A stretch of 64,000 nt of DNA from Rebecca billardiae RCC1528 (lineage: Eukaryota; Protista; Haptophyta): assembly GCA_965240325.2 (NCBI GenBank), contig OZ251236.1, positions 1,893,249-1,957,248 on the forward strand. The letters run 5' to 3'. The translations under genes were made by a program, and so were the position numbers. The notes under the pieces are model-generated. The model was not told the DNA's origin and searched no databases. It saw only the letters and a list, made by a program, of their open reading frames with translations. Below are positions 34,040 through 46,124 of the stretch, piece after piece; position 1 is the first letter of the stretch; every line of letters begins with the position of its first letter.

Positions 34040-35756
34040 TAGGGGGGCCAAACCGCCCATTTAAAAATGAAAAGCAAAGTCGCGTCGCATTTTCGCTCCG
34101 CCCTCGGCCTTTTAGGGTGGCGCGGAGCCTTTTTCTCGGACCCCGCTCGAAAATCGAGCTCCGACGCCTTCGGACGCTCAGAGCTCGGTTCCGCTCCAGC
34201 GCGAGCGGCCGGAGGCAGTGGACCGCCGCGCGCTCGCGACCTTTGAGACGCCGAGATGGTCTCGGGTGCGCGCGCGCGTGACGCTGGTGGGCGCTACTGA
34301 CCCGTGCCTTTGCGCCACCAGCGGCTCACCACCCGCTTCTTGGCCATCTCGCGCCGTGCGCGGCGCGCGTCGGCCGGCTTGAATTGGCGCGCTGCGTGCG
34401 CCCGTCACGCTACCGCACGGTGTGGCTCATGATCAACTCGCACAGTTGAGATCGATGCTCGCACCAAGTGCCCATGTATGTATGTGGATGCCCAGCTCGC
34501 CTAACCTGCCCTGCTGCGCCGGAATCGCCGTCAGCAGACCGGCGCGAGCTCGCGCGCAACACCTCCGCGGAGCTCGCAACTGTCATGTTCCGCTTGTAGG
34601 GCCCGTTTTTGCACCTGCCGTGGCACTTGCGATGGTCAGCACGTTGGGTATGGGTCACGTGTGCCCTCTGATGGCGTCTGGGCGCCTCCCATTCGCCTCT
34701 CAGGACGTCGCGGACGTGCTCGCAGGCAGCGGTTGGCTCATTCGACAGGTCCGACGTGCACTCGACCGTGCCTGCAAGCGCGCCCCTGTGACGCTCATGC
34801 CTGCAGAAGCAGATGCAGATGGGCCCTCATGCACCCTGGTGCGCCCAAGACCGGCGGGAGCGTCAGAGACCGTCTCAATCTTGACACCTTGCACACGCCG
34901 GCGCTTGCCGGTGGGCTCCGCGCAGCCAGCCAGGAGCGCCGAACAGCGCCGGATCAGCCTCTGTAGGCCGAATATCCGCCCCTAAGCCCAGAAATAGCGC
35001 GGAACAGGGTAGTGCGTACCTATATGGACCAATCCCATCCAGCCTGGTTTGGTGCAGACACGCCAGCCACCGCCTGGAGCAGACGTTTGCTGCCGAATCG
35101 CATGCTCGGCACTGTGCCGCACTGCGACGACGACAGATTTGACCTGCCTCGTAGGTCTCGGCCAGGGAGCGGTGACGGTTGGCTCGAGTCACTTTAAACC
35201 TTGACTATGACCGAGAGCACTCCCGGGCTAAGGACGTGGGGCCGGTGCTTTGGGTCTACTATGTCTGCAATACGCCGTACGCGTGGCTGTATACACAGTC
35301 TGAAAACGTATCTCGCAGCTCGAGATCAGACGAGGCTGTATTCATCAGCATGGCGCCTATATACACAGTGGATATGTAACGATCGGTGGCTTCTAGGAAA
35401 CTACATATTTGACAGCCTGCCAGTACACAGCCTATATCGCATGTTGGGACCTGCTGCTGCTGGGGACTCAGATCGATCTCGCTGAGATGCTCTATCAAAG
35501 TGAGGTCGACATGGTCTATATGTCACATATAGGACGACCGTTACATACCGTTTCCAATAAGTTCAGGCTCATTCTAATAAGTAAATATGCTAGCCGTTAC
35601 GCCCTATATTCAGGGTATGTGCACCTGATTTTTTTACATGGCCGGCCCAGACCCCTCCAGAGGGCAAATGATCCAGCCCGAAATCAGCTCTAAACACTCG
35701 CTAGGACCCGCGCTCGTGGCCGTCAGTAACGCTACAGTGCCACTTTGGCCCCCCTA
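34040..35756. mobile_element. Non-autonomous DNA transposon, 1717 bp, 13-bp TIR, 7-bp TSD
   Basis: TAGGGGGGCCAAA (34040-34052) pairs with TTTGGCCCCCCTA (35744-35756). TCACGAA flanks both sides (34033-34039, 35757-35763). The interior is lower in GC than the host genes and has no long ORF. Confidence 0.88.
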
Positions 35757-35931
35757 TCACGAACGGCCGAGGCGGCCGATGACGGCGGTCTCGCCGACTA
35801 CGGGCACCGGAGGTGATACTACCAGCGCGCGCATCATCAGCTAGCTAGCGCATCATGACGACAATGTCTACAGTGGTCGTCTGCTGAGGCGTGTTCCGGT
35901 GTTGATGACGCTCGTCAGACTATACTCAGAC

Positions 35932-36540
35932 TCAGAGCTCGGCCTTGTTCTTCCGCTTCGCGGCCACCGCCTTCTCGAGCACCGCGACCGTCATCGGGCT
36001 GTGCGCGGCGAGCTCGGCGGGCGTCTTGCCGTCCGCCGACGGCAGCTCGGGGTCGACGCCCGCCTTGACCAGCGCCTCGACCGTGAACGCGTGCCGCGGC
36101 GTGCGCCCCCAGCACGCGCGGTGGATGGGCGCGTACCCGTCCGCGTGCAGCTCGGAGAGCGGCACGCGCTGCTGCTCGAGCACGGGCACGAGCTCGGCGC
36201 GGCCCTGGAAGCCCACGCCGTGCGCGCACGTGTACCCGTCGCGCTCGCCGATGCTCACGTCCGCGCCCGCCTCGAGCAGCGCGCGCGCGGCGAACGCCTT
36301 GCCCGAGAGGCACGCGGTCATGAGCGCCGTCTGCCCGCCCTGCCCGCGCGCGTCGATCGGCGCGCCCGCCTCGAGCGCCCTGCGCACGGCCTCGGGCTCG
36401 TCCTCGCGCACCGCGGCGAGGAGCACTGAGAACGCCTCCTCCTCGTCGTCGAGCGTTGGCGTCGCCTTCGCCTTCGCCTTCGCCGCGCCCACCGCGGCGA
36501 GCAGCGCGCAGACGGCGACGACGCGCGCGCCGGCCGGCAT
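35932..36540 (-). CDS. Secretory-pathway ankyrin-repeat protein with C-terminal KAEL, 202 aa
   Basis: ATG 36540 with a signal peptide (MPAGARVVAVCALLAAVGA). Ankyrin repeats GQTALMTAC...LLEAGAD, GYTCAHGVG, GYAPIHRAC...LVKAGVD and GKTPAELA. The protein ends KNKAEL*. Confidence 0.85.
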   Translation of the reverse strand: MPAGARVVAVCALLAAVGAAKAKAKATPTLDDEEEAFSVLLAAVREDEPEAVRRALEAGAPIDARGQGGQTALMTACLSGKAFAARALLEAGADVSIGERDGYTCAHGVGFQGRAELVPVLEQQRVPLSELHADGYAPIHRACWGRTPRHAFTVEALVKAGVDPELPSADGKTPAELAAHSPMTVAVLEKAVAAKRKNKAEL

Positions 36541-36645
36541 CGTGCGTCGTCCCTTTGTTCGTCTTGTGACGAGTATTGTGATTCGGTCCGGCAGGGCGCG
36601 TCGTGTTGTCCTGGGCAGCAGAGCTTCGGCGCCGCCGAAGGCAGG

Positions 36646-37269
36646 ATGGCCACGCCGCCGCGCGCAGCCGGGCCGGAGTCGCCGGCGGCGGTGAGCGCGG
36701 GCGAGGCGGGCCCGAGCCGGCGCCGCTCGGCCACCGCGCCCGGCGCCGACCCGTCGGCCCGCTCGCCCCGCAGCGGCGGCTTCGAGTCGCCCTCGCTCAC
36801 GCCGCTGCCGTGGCGCGGCGAGCACGACCCGTTCACCGAGGCGTCGTCGCCCTCGCGCCAGGACCGGCTCTCGCTGCTGCAGCTCGAGGCGCACGTGATC
36901 AACCTGCAGGCGCACCTGCAGCAGACCGACGCCGAGCGCGCCGAGCAGGAGCGGCTGGCCGCGCAGGCGTCGGCCGAGCTGCACGCGGCGAGCGCCGCGC
37001 GCGACGCCGCCGACGCGCGCGCGGACGAGGCGGCGGCGCGCGCGGGCGCGGAGGCGAACCGCGCGGCGGAGGCGGCGGCGCGCGCGGACGAGGCGGTGGC
37101 GCGCGCCGCCGCCGCCGAGGCGCGCGCCGCCGAGGCGGAGGCGCGCGAGGCGGGCGCGAGCGCGCGCGCCGCGTCCGCCGAGGGCCGCGTGCGCGCGGTC
37201 GAGGGCGCGCTCGAGGCGCTGCGAGAGGACGGGCTGGCGCGCCCGCCCGCGGTCTTCTCGTGGCCGCCG

Positions 37270-37304
<35 letters not shown>

Positions 37305-39632
37305 CGATGTCGGCGGCGGCGGCGGCGCGGACGGGGCGGACGAGGCGGACGACGGCGGCGGGCTCGGGCGCGCGGTGCGCGGGCTGTGCGCGCGCGCGTG
37401 GCAGCGCGGCCACGACGCGGCGCGTCTCGAGGCGGCCAAGGCGGTGACCAAGGCGTGGGCGCAGGGGTACGACGAGGGGAGGGCGGGGGGCAGGGGCGCG
37501 CCGGCGGCCGCCGCCGCCGCGCCCGCCGCAGGGGGCTCGCCGCCCTCGCCGCGGCCCGCCGCCGCCGCCGGCGCGGGCGCGGCCGGCGCAGGCGCGGCGC
37601 GCGCCGTCGCGGCCGCGGCCGAGGCGCACGCCGCGGTCGCCGCCGCCGAGGCGCGCGCGCTCGTCGCGGCGGAGGCGCGCGCGGTGGCGGCGGCGGAGGC
37701 GCGCGCGCTCGTCGCGGCGGCGGAGGCCGACGTGGCCGCCGTCACGCTCGTCGCCGAGGTCGTGAGCGAGCTCGTCGGCGCGGCGAGCGCGGACGTGCTC
37801 GGCGAGCCCGCGGCCGCGCCGCCGCCGCCGCTCTCCGCCGCCGCGCCGCCTGCCCACCCGCCGCCGCCCGCGCCCGCGCCGCCCGCGCCCGCCGCCGCGC
37901 CGCCCGCGCCCGCCGCCGCGCCGCCCGCGCCCGCCGCCGCGCCCGCGCTGCCGTTCGGCTCCGAGTCGTTCGCGGACGGCGCGTTTGGCCGCGGCAGCGC
38001 GTTTGGCTGCGGCGGCGCGGATGAGGCCGGCGCGTTCGGCGGCGCCGAGGGCGGCGCGGACTGCTGCGGGTTCGGCGCGGGCAGCTGCGAGGGCAGCGCC
38101 TTCGCGCAGGGCGCGCACGCCGACGGCTTTGCCGCCGCCGCGTTTGGCGGCGCGCCGCACGCGCGCGCCGAGCGCGCGGCCGCCGAGCCGGCGGCTGCGG
38201 CGCCCGCGCCCGCACAGCCGTCGCTGCCGCCGCGCGCCGCCGCGGTGGCCGTCGACGAGCCGCCGCCGCCGCCCGACCCGTTTGCCGCGGGCGCGTTTGG
38301 CGCGCACGGCTGGCCGCCGCCCGCGGCCGCGGCCGAGGCCGAGGCGCGCACCGCGCCGCACGGCGCGGGCGGCGAGTTTGCGGCGGGCGCGTTTGGCGGC
38401 GGCGCGGGCGGCGGCGCTGGCGATGGCGGCGGCGGCGGTGGCGGCGAGTCCTTCGTCGCGCTCTTTGGCGGCGCGAGCTCGTGCGCGCTCCGCGCCGCGC
38501 CGCGCCGCGCCGCCCGTGTCCCCGCCGCCGCCGCGCGCCGCGCGCTCACGCGCGCCTGCGCCCGCGTGCGCCGTGCGCGCGCGCGCGCGCTGTTCAGCGG
38601 GCTGGCCGAGGCGCTGCACGGCGCGCCCGCGAGCGCGGTGCCGCCGGGCGATGCGGGCGAGCTCAGGCTGGCCGCCGCGGCGGAGGGCGGCCTCGGCGAG
38701 GGCGTGGGCGAGGGCGGCGGCGCGCTGCTCGGCGGGCTGCTCGGCGGGCTCGCGCTGCTGCCCGCGTGCGCCGAGGGCGGCGCGGACGCGCTGCTGCCCG
38801 CGCCGCTCGAGCTGCCGGAAGCGCCCACGCCCACGCCGGGCGGCGGCGGCGCCGAGGCCGATGAGCCGGGCAGCGCGCCCGCGCGGCCGGGCTCGGAGCC
38901 GGGCACGCCGGTGGGCGTGGGCGTGCCGCAGCTCGACACCGAGCCGCTGCCGCGCAGCGCGGCCGTCGCAGGTGGGGGCGCGTGCGCGCGCGCGCGCGCG
39001 CGCGCCACGGCCGCGCCGTCGCGGCTCACGCGGCGCCCCCTCGCGCCGCGCGCGCGCGCCGCACAGGCGCCGAGCCGCCGCCGCCGCCGCTGGAGGCGCA
39101 GCTGGACGCGCAGCTGGCGGCGACGCAGCGCTGCGTCGAGCTGCTCGGCGGCGCGAGCGCGAGCGAGCCGGCCGCGTCGGCCGCGCCCGGCGCCGCGGCC
39201 GCTTCGCCGTTCGGCGGCGCGGGCGGCGCGGGCGGCGCGCTGCCGGCGGGTCTGAGCGCGGCCGAGCTGAGCGACCTCTTCGGCTGCGCGCCAATGCCGC
39301 CGCACGGCGGGCCGGGCGGCGCGAGCGCGCCGGCGAGCGCGCTCGGCGGGATGCTCGACGACCTCTTTGGCGGCGGCGCCGCGGCGCCGACGCCCGGTCC
39401 GAGCGCGGCGGCGGGCCCGGGCCCGGGCCCGGGCGGCGGCGACGGCGACGACCTGCTCGGCCTCGGCCTCGGCCTCGAGCCGCAGCCGCAGCCCGCGGCG
39501 AGTGCAGACACGCTCGGCGCGGCGTCGGCCACGCCCGCCGCCGCCGCGGCGTCGGCCGCCGCCGCCGCTGCCGCCGCGCCGGCGACCGAGGCGCAAGCGC
39601 CGGTGCTCGTGGAGGAGGACAGCTTGCTCTGA
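36646..39632 (+). CDS. Ala/Gly/Pro-rich coiled-coil plus disordered protein with DPF/DLF/DLL/FG motifs, ~924 aa. Exons 36646-38480, 38598-38971, 39067-39632
   Basis: ATG 36646 and coiled-coil LLQLEAHVINLQAHLQQ... Two GT-AG introns (117, 95 nt) with GCTCAC branch-like motifs. Splicing joins ...AVAG|AEPPPPPLEAQL... in frame. This is the last recognisable gene before the subtelomere. Confidence 0.65.
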
Positions 39633-39828
39633 TTTAGACCGACGACCGTGCGCGAGCGTGATCGAATGAATCATAACCGCGACGAGACTGTGTCCGGGGC
39701 CTGGCAGTGGCTCAGACTGTCACAGTGCGCTAACCGCCACCGAAAGTTGAATTGGCAGAATCGGCCGATGCCCGATTCCGCGATCAGGGACGTTTTCGCG
39801 GCGGCCGGCCGCCATCGCTGGCGCAGCC

Positions 39829-40545
39829 ATCCGCGCGCGAACACGCGCGCGCAGCGACGCCAGCCGCATGGCGTGCGCCAAGACGGGGGGCGGCTGAGTT
39901 CTGCATCACCTACGCTCGTTCGGGCTCGCGGGTCATGCCTCCCATTGCGGCCGCCTCCGTCCGCCTTTGACCAGAGTGCGCGTGCAGGTGCGCCAGCAGT
40001 TTGCGACATCGCCTCCCGCGCGCCGCGCCACACCGCGGCTGACAGGGGGGTCTAGGAGGGAATCGCAGAAAGTTACGTGCTGGCTGAAATTGTTCGGTGT
40101 ACACGCATCATCAAAGGTAGCACAGCTGCGTTTCGCCGTTGACGAGCTGCACCCCCCCTCAATTCGCGGGCTCCCCGCTGTCGCCTCGCGAGCAGGAACA
40201 TCTGAAATCCGCACGCGAACATGCGTGCGCAGAGACGCCAGCCGCATGGCGTGCGCCAAGACGGGGGGCGGCTGAGTTCTGCATCACTCACGCTCGTTCG
40301 GGCTCGCGGGTCATGCCTCCCATCGCGGCCGCCTCCGTCCGCCTCTGACCGGAGTGCGCGTGCCGGGCGCTCGGCAGCCTGCGCGCGCACCTCGCGCGCG
40401 CCGCGCCACACGGCGGCTCACAGCGGGGTCTAGGAGGGCATCGCAGAAAGTTACGTGGCCGAAATTGTTCGGTGTACACGCATGGCCAAGTGCATCACAG
40501 CTGCGTTCCACTGTTCACGAGCTGCACCCCCTTGCATTCGCGGGC
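39829..40545. repeat. Two diverged direct copies of a ~340-bp sequence (378-bp period)
   Basis: GACGCCAGCCGCATGGCGTGCGCCAAGACGGGGGGCGGCTGAGTTCTGCATCAC occurs at 39856 and 40234. Similarity continues to ~40171 / ~40545. Confidence 0.93.
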
Positions 40546-42773
40546 GCGCCGCGGCCGCGCTCGCGCAGGCGCATGGGATCCACGTGTTGGCTCGATCATC
40601 GGGATCAAGCGGGCTGCGCAGGCAGTGGGCTGGCGTACGAGATCACTACACGCGCAGTGTCAGAATACGCTGCATCAGGTGTGCCCCGTCGGCTGTGCTG
40701 CTGAGCATACGGCACACGACGCGCACTCGAGCAGTCTGGCTGGCGATGAGCCCGAGCATCCCAGCTGGCGCACCACAACGATTGCCGGGTGGGCGGGTGG
40801 GCAGTTTTCGTGAATTCTCAAACGAAAGAACGAGTACCCACATAGACAAACGAACTTACAGCCGTGCAAAACACACGCAGATGCCCGTTCTTCGGCAAAG
40901 AAAGGGGAGCCAAGCGGTACAAGCCGTACAAACAAGTGATGAAAGTTGAAAGTACTTCGTTGCGCGGGTGGCGGGATCGCGAGGGCCCGCGGCGAATTGG
41001 AAACACCGAAAGACGGGCAGACGGCCGCGAAGGCGGCCAAAAGTTGGGTTGTGGGCGATTGCGGGGCGAGCGGTCTTGCGTCGCATCGCACGGGGCGCGC
41101 GCGGCCGTGCAGCTGGAAAGTGGTCTGGAGCGCCATCAGAGACGTGAACTAACAGTAGCCAGCGTCGCTCGCTGCTACCTTGCCGCCTCTGGTCAGTGTG
41201 CGCGCCCACGCTGCCCGAATCGGCGAGCAGCGGGCGCCAGCCGATCGTGCTGCAGCCGTGTGAATGAGTGACAGTGGACAGTCAACGAGGAGTGAGCGAG
41301 GGCTGCTGACGGTGTATAGCCCTACTCAGTTGCGCGCCATGCGGCCTCGCACGTCTGCGCAAGAGCTACAGCACGAGCCGTCGTAGCTTTTCAAAGCGTT
41401 CCGACTAGCCACAAGTCCATCCGTGGCCGAGCCGTCTCACGAGGAGCTGTAGGTGAGCGGGTTGCGAATACTGCCCTGAGCGCATCCCATGCGCACATCC
41501 TGCAACCAGCAATGCCGCACGAGCATGCAGACGTTTGAGGCATTATCCATCTGTGTCGCCGTCGCGTCGCGGGTACGGCGGTTCCGCTGACTAGCTCGGT
41601 TTGGCGCTGTGCGCGCTGCCGCCGCACCAGGGCCGCAGTGGCCGCGCCGCGGCTCGAGCTTGGCGCCCGCTGAGTGCTGCTGAAGCCTAGTAGTGCTGAG
41701 CGGGCTCGGACGCAAAGCCAGCGCCCCAGAGGCGGGCCGCGCGGCAGGGAGCTCGGAGGACGCGCAGCCGTCCCAACGCCTGGGTCGAAGCTGCCCCCGC
41801 CCCGGCCCCCCATCTTACTCCTCGCCCAACCTGCACCTGGTGCGCGTAGTGAGCGGCAGCCGCTGCGGCGACCAGGCCCGGCACCGCGCGTGAGCGCAGC
41901 AAGCTCTCTGCGCACTGCCGCCCCTCGTAGTACTCGCCCACTGCGTCGCCGCTGGGCGCGGCCGAGACGAGCCCCTTTGAGCGTGACCATCACGGGTCGT
42001 CAGCGGTGGCGAGCGTCTGCTGGCGAGCCTTGGCTGCATGGTGCGCGTCGTCTAGCCAAGCAGCCATCAGCCGCGCCCGCGCCGTGCCGACTGGCGCAGC
42101 CGGCGAGCTCGCGACGCCGTGCGGCTCGGCTGGTCAGCTCGTCGGATCTGGGCGCCGCACGCGGCGGCGCAACCGAGATCGAGGCGTGGCGCCCCGCGGC
42201 GTGCTCGCGCGCGCCCGCACTGGCTGCCCGCGCCCCAGGTTCGACCTGTCGAGGCCGCACCGACGCTGCGTCGGCGGCAGCGCGCGCGTGGCCGCCACCG
42301 GCCGTGCCGCCCGTGGGCGCGATGGCAGGCGATGGCAGCACGTGGGTTGGGCCGCGAGCCAACCGAGCGACCGCAGCGCATGCTAGGTCGGCGGCGCGTG
42401 GCGCGAGCGCGTCGCGGCAGTGTCTGGCGCAGCGCACCAGCCCAGCCTGCCCCCGCCCCCGCGCCCCCATCCTCCACCTCGTCCGAACTGCCTCTGGTGC
42501 GCACCATCACGGCCGCGCTGCGTACGCTGCTGGGTGCCGCTGCTCGCGCACGCGTCTCGCTTCGAGGGAGAGCGGCCGTCCCTTGCCGTGGCGCGTGGTT
42601 GTCGGGACGTCTGTCGGGCGTGTCCACACGCGTTATCCCGCCCGAGCGCGCCGGTTCGCAGCGCGGCGCGCGCCCACGGTCGGCTAGCCGGCTGCGGTGG
42701 CGGGCGCGCGTACGCTGCGGTTCGCGTGAGCCAGCTGACGGCGATGCGGAATAAGCTGCTCTAACTCGCTGCA

Positions 42774-43635
42774 TGGCTGACCGTCGAGGGCGTCGGCTCG
42801 GTCGGTGGGAACGCGTCTCTAGAGGCGGATCCACCCGGCACTTCAACTCGCTTTGGTGCACTGATTCGCAGCGCGGCGCGCCCGCGCTCGGCTCGCCGGC
42901 GGTGGTTGGATGCTCATGCTGCGACCGCGCGGCGTTGCGCGTGAGGCCTCCGTTCGCGGCGAGGCGGCGTCCGCTCTGACTGGTGGCGTGGCTGACCGTC
43001 GAGGGGGTCGGGTCGCTCGAACGCGTACTTAGAGGCGCATCCACCCGGCGCCTCGACTCGCTTTGCTGCACTGATGATTCGCGGCGCGGCCCGCGCGCGG
43101 TCGGCTCGCGGGCGGTGGTTGGGCGCTGCGCCCGCGCGGCGGTGCGCGTGAGGCCTCAGTTCGCTGCGAGGCGGCGTCCGCTCTAACTGGTGGCGTGGCT
43201 GACCGTCGAGGGGGTCGGGTCGGTCGGTCGGAACGCGTCTTTCGAGGCCGATCGACCCGGCGCCTCGACTCGCTTTGCTGCACTGATCATTCTCGGCGCG
43301 GCACTCGCGCGGTCGGCTCGACAGCGGTGGTTGGGCGCTGCGACCGCGCGGCCGTGCGCGTGAGGCCTCAGTTCGCTGCGAGGCGGCGTCCGCTCTAACT
43401 GGTGGCGTGGCTGACCGTCGAGGGGGTCGGGTCGGTCGGTCGGAACGCGTCTTTCGAGGCCGATCGACCCGGCGCCTCGACTCGCTTTGCTGCACTGATC
43501 ATTCTCGGCGCGGCACTCGCGCGGTCGGCTCGACAGCGGTGGTTGGGCGCTGCGACCGCGCGGCCGTGCGCGTGAGGCCTCAGTTCGCTGCGAGGCGGCA
43601 TCCGCTCTGACAAGCGGCGTGGCTGGCCGTCGGAG
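42774..43635. repeat. Small tandem array of a ~212-bp unit (4 copies plus a partial copy)
   Basis: TGGCTG(A/G)CCGTCG anchors at 42774, 42989, 43196, 43408 and 43620. Copies 3 and 4 are almost identical. Confidence 0.95.
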
Positions 43636-44610
43636 GACTGGGCTCGGTAGGTTGGAATGATGCTGCTTTCGAGGCGGATCCAGCCAAAGCTCGTCATCTG
43701 CTCCCCCGAGCGCACCACTACTGATTTGAAGCGCGGCGCGCGCCAGCTATGCAGTGCCACGACCGTCCCAGCGCCTCGCCCTGGTCAAAGCTGCCCCCGC
43801 CCCGGCCCCCCATCTTACGCTTCGTCCAAACTGCACCTTGTGCGCGTAGTGAGCGGCAACCGTGTGCCGCTCGCCCAGCGCGCGCAAGCTGGATGGCGAT
43901 CGCCGACCGACGACTGGTGGTTGCCCCCGCGCTGCCTCGCATATGCCAAGCACGCAGCAGACGCTGCAGACGGCAGGGCACGCGCGGCGGATGTGCGGTG
44001 GAGGGCGCTTGGCCGGGTGCGCACGAGAAGGGTGGTATATACGCGCGCGTCTGACGCGCGACAGCCTACATGGTGCAGGCTTCTCGCCGACTCGCGCCAC
44101 GCACGCCGGCAGCACGCGAGCCTGGCGACAATCGGCTGGCCGCGAGCCATCACACGCTGCGGGGCTGCACCCGCGCCGGGGGCGGCGAGCGTGCAAGGAG
44201 AGGGGCCGAAGCGCACGCGCGCTGCCCGCACCACGCGCGCGATACCGACCCGTCCTCAAGCCCGCCTCTGCGCCCGGGTGCGCCGCCACGTGCGGTGCAA
44301 CGCAGGCGTGGGATCGGAACCATCGCCGCACGCGCCAGTGGTGATGATGGCACCAGCTGACGACCGCCGGCCAGTCGCCACGTGCTCTGTCGGGGCCGGC
44401 GCGGCGGCGAGTAGAGACGAGGCTTGCCAGGCGCCGGCAGAGAGGCTGACGAGGTCTGCCACGGCGCCATCGCACGTAGCGGACTGTGCTGAGCCAGAGG
44501 GCTGCAGGCCTGCAGCTGCATCATAGCAACGCTGTCAGGGCTTGATGGCAAGTAGTCAGCACAGTGAGCACCTCAGACTCTTTCGCTGCAGCAAGGGGGG
44601 CGCAGAAGCT

Positions 44611-44939
44611 CGCGGGCACTTGGGGCGTCCGCCCAGCGTGCGCCCCGAAGCAAACTACGGCGGTGCGGTGCCGCTCTATACCACCGTTAGACCAAGTATG
44701 TCACGTGGGGCGTGGCGTCAGGCCCCTCAGGGGCGCGCCCCAGCGTGCACATCTTGCCCGCCGTCACAGCGGCCAAGGTCTCCGCCAACGCGCGGGCGCT
44801 GGGGGCGTCGGCTAAGGGCGCGCCCCGACCCAAGCGGTGGTGCAGTGCCGCTCTATACTACCGGTGGATCAAGTCTGACACGTGGGGCGCGGCGCCAGGC
44901 CCCTCAGGGGCGCGCCCCAGCGTGCACGTCTTGCCCGCC
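44611..44939. repeat. Two diverged tandem copies of a ~178-bp unit
   Basis: GTGCCGCTCTATAC...CACGTGGGGCG...CAGGCCCCTCAGGGGCGCGCCCCAGCGTGCAC at ~44668 and ~44845. Confidence 0.9.
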
Positions 44940-46121
44940 AGCACAACTGCCACTCTGCTGGCACACGTCGCGGGTATGCGTGGTGCCCAGCTAAACAGCG
45001 AGATGGCGCGCCCGCTGCTGCGACCGCGTGACGGCGGCCCCGTCACTCGTCACGTGCGCGGCGCTGGCCCCCGCGCGCGCGGTCGCGCTCGGTGCCCGAC
45101 AGCGCGTGTCGCGCTCCGAGCGCTCGCCGAGCGAAGCGGCGCGGGCCGCGTTGGGGCGGAGCCTCCATGCAGCCTCACACTGCACGCGAGCTGAGCCGAT
45201 GCGCTCGCGCCGCGTCCGCTCTCCCTCGGCGCGCTTGATGACCCCAGCTGCGGCGGCGGTCGCAGCCGTGCGATGCGCCGAGCAGCGCGTCGCGGCGCTT
45301 GGCGTCGCGCTCGCCGCCGCGCGCCCCTGTGACGGGCGCGTCCCTCCGCGCGCGAATCGCGCCCCACGAGGCCGCCGCGGCCGCACCGCGCTCGCTTCGA
45401 GCCGGCGCGCGCTGGGCGCGAGCGTCTGCTGGTTCCCGCTGCCGTTGCCGCGCGCCGCGCCGAGCAGCGCGTGACGCCGGCCGATCGCGCGGCTCCCGTG
45501 CCGTGACACGTTTGCGTCCACGTCCCACCGCGCGCACGCGCGCTCCGCCGAGGCGCCAGCGGCCGCGCCGCGCTTGAGCCGAGCGCGCGGCGCGCGTCTC
45601 GCCAAGGGCTGCTGCTGCGGGCGGCTGCCAGGTGCTGCCCCGCGCGGGCCCGCGCGCCAGGCAGCTGCGGGTGGGGAGCGCCGCAGCCGTCCCAGCGCCT
45701 CGCCCTCGGTCGACGCTGCTCCCCGCCCCGGCCCCCCATCTTGCTCTTCGTCCAACCTGCACCTGGTGCCCGCAGTGAGCGGCAGCCGCTGCGTCGACCA
45801 GGCCCCGCACCGCGCGTGAGCGCCTGCTCCCGTCGTACGGCAGCTCTCCGCGTGCCGTCTGACAGCCGCCTCGGGGTGTGTGTGTGGGTTGGGCGGCGGG
45901 TCGGTGACGACGGGCGTCTGCTGGCGAGCCTTGGCTGCAACCTGCGCGTCGTCTAGCCAAGCAGCCTTCACCCGCGCCCGCGCCCGCCGCCATCTGTAAT
46001 CTCAGTTGCCGCTCGCGCACGGCCCGTGCCGAGTGCTCCGACCGCGCGGCAGCTGCTGGCCTGGTTGGCGAGGTGCGATGAGCTGCGGCGCAGCACGCGG
46101 CGTTCAAGCAGAGCGCGAGGC

Positions 46122-46124
<3 letters not shown>

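Noticed and set aside
34178-35844. Short ORFs inside the 1.7-kb element as transposase remnants
   Set aside because: No DDE, BED-finger, THAP or hAT dimerisation motif is recognisable by eye. A translated search is still needed.
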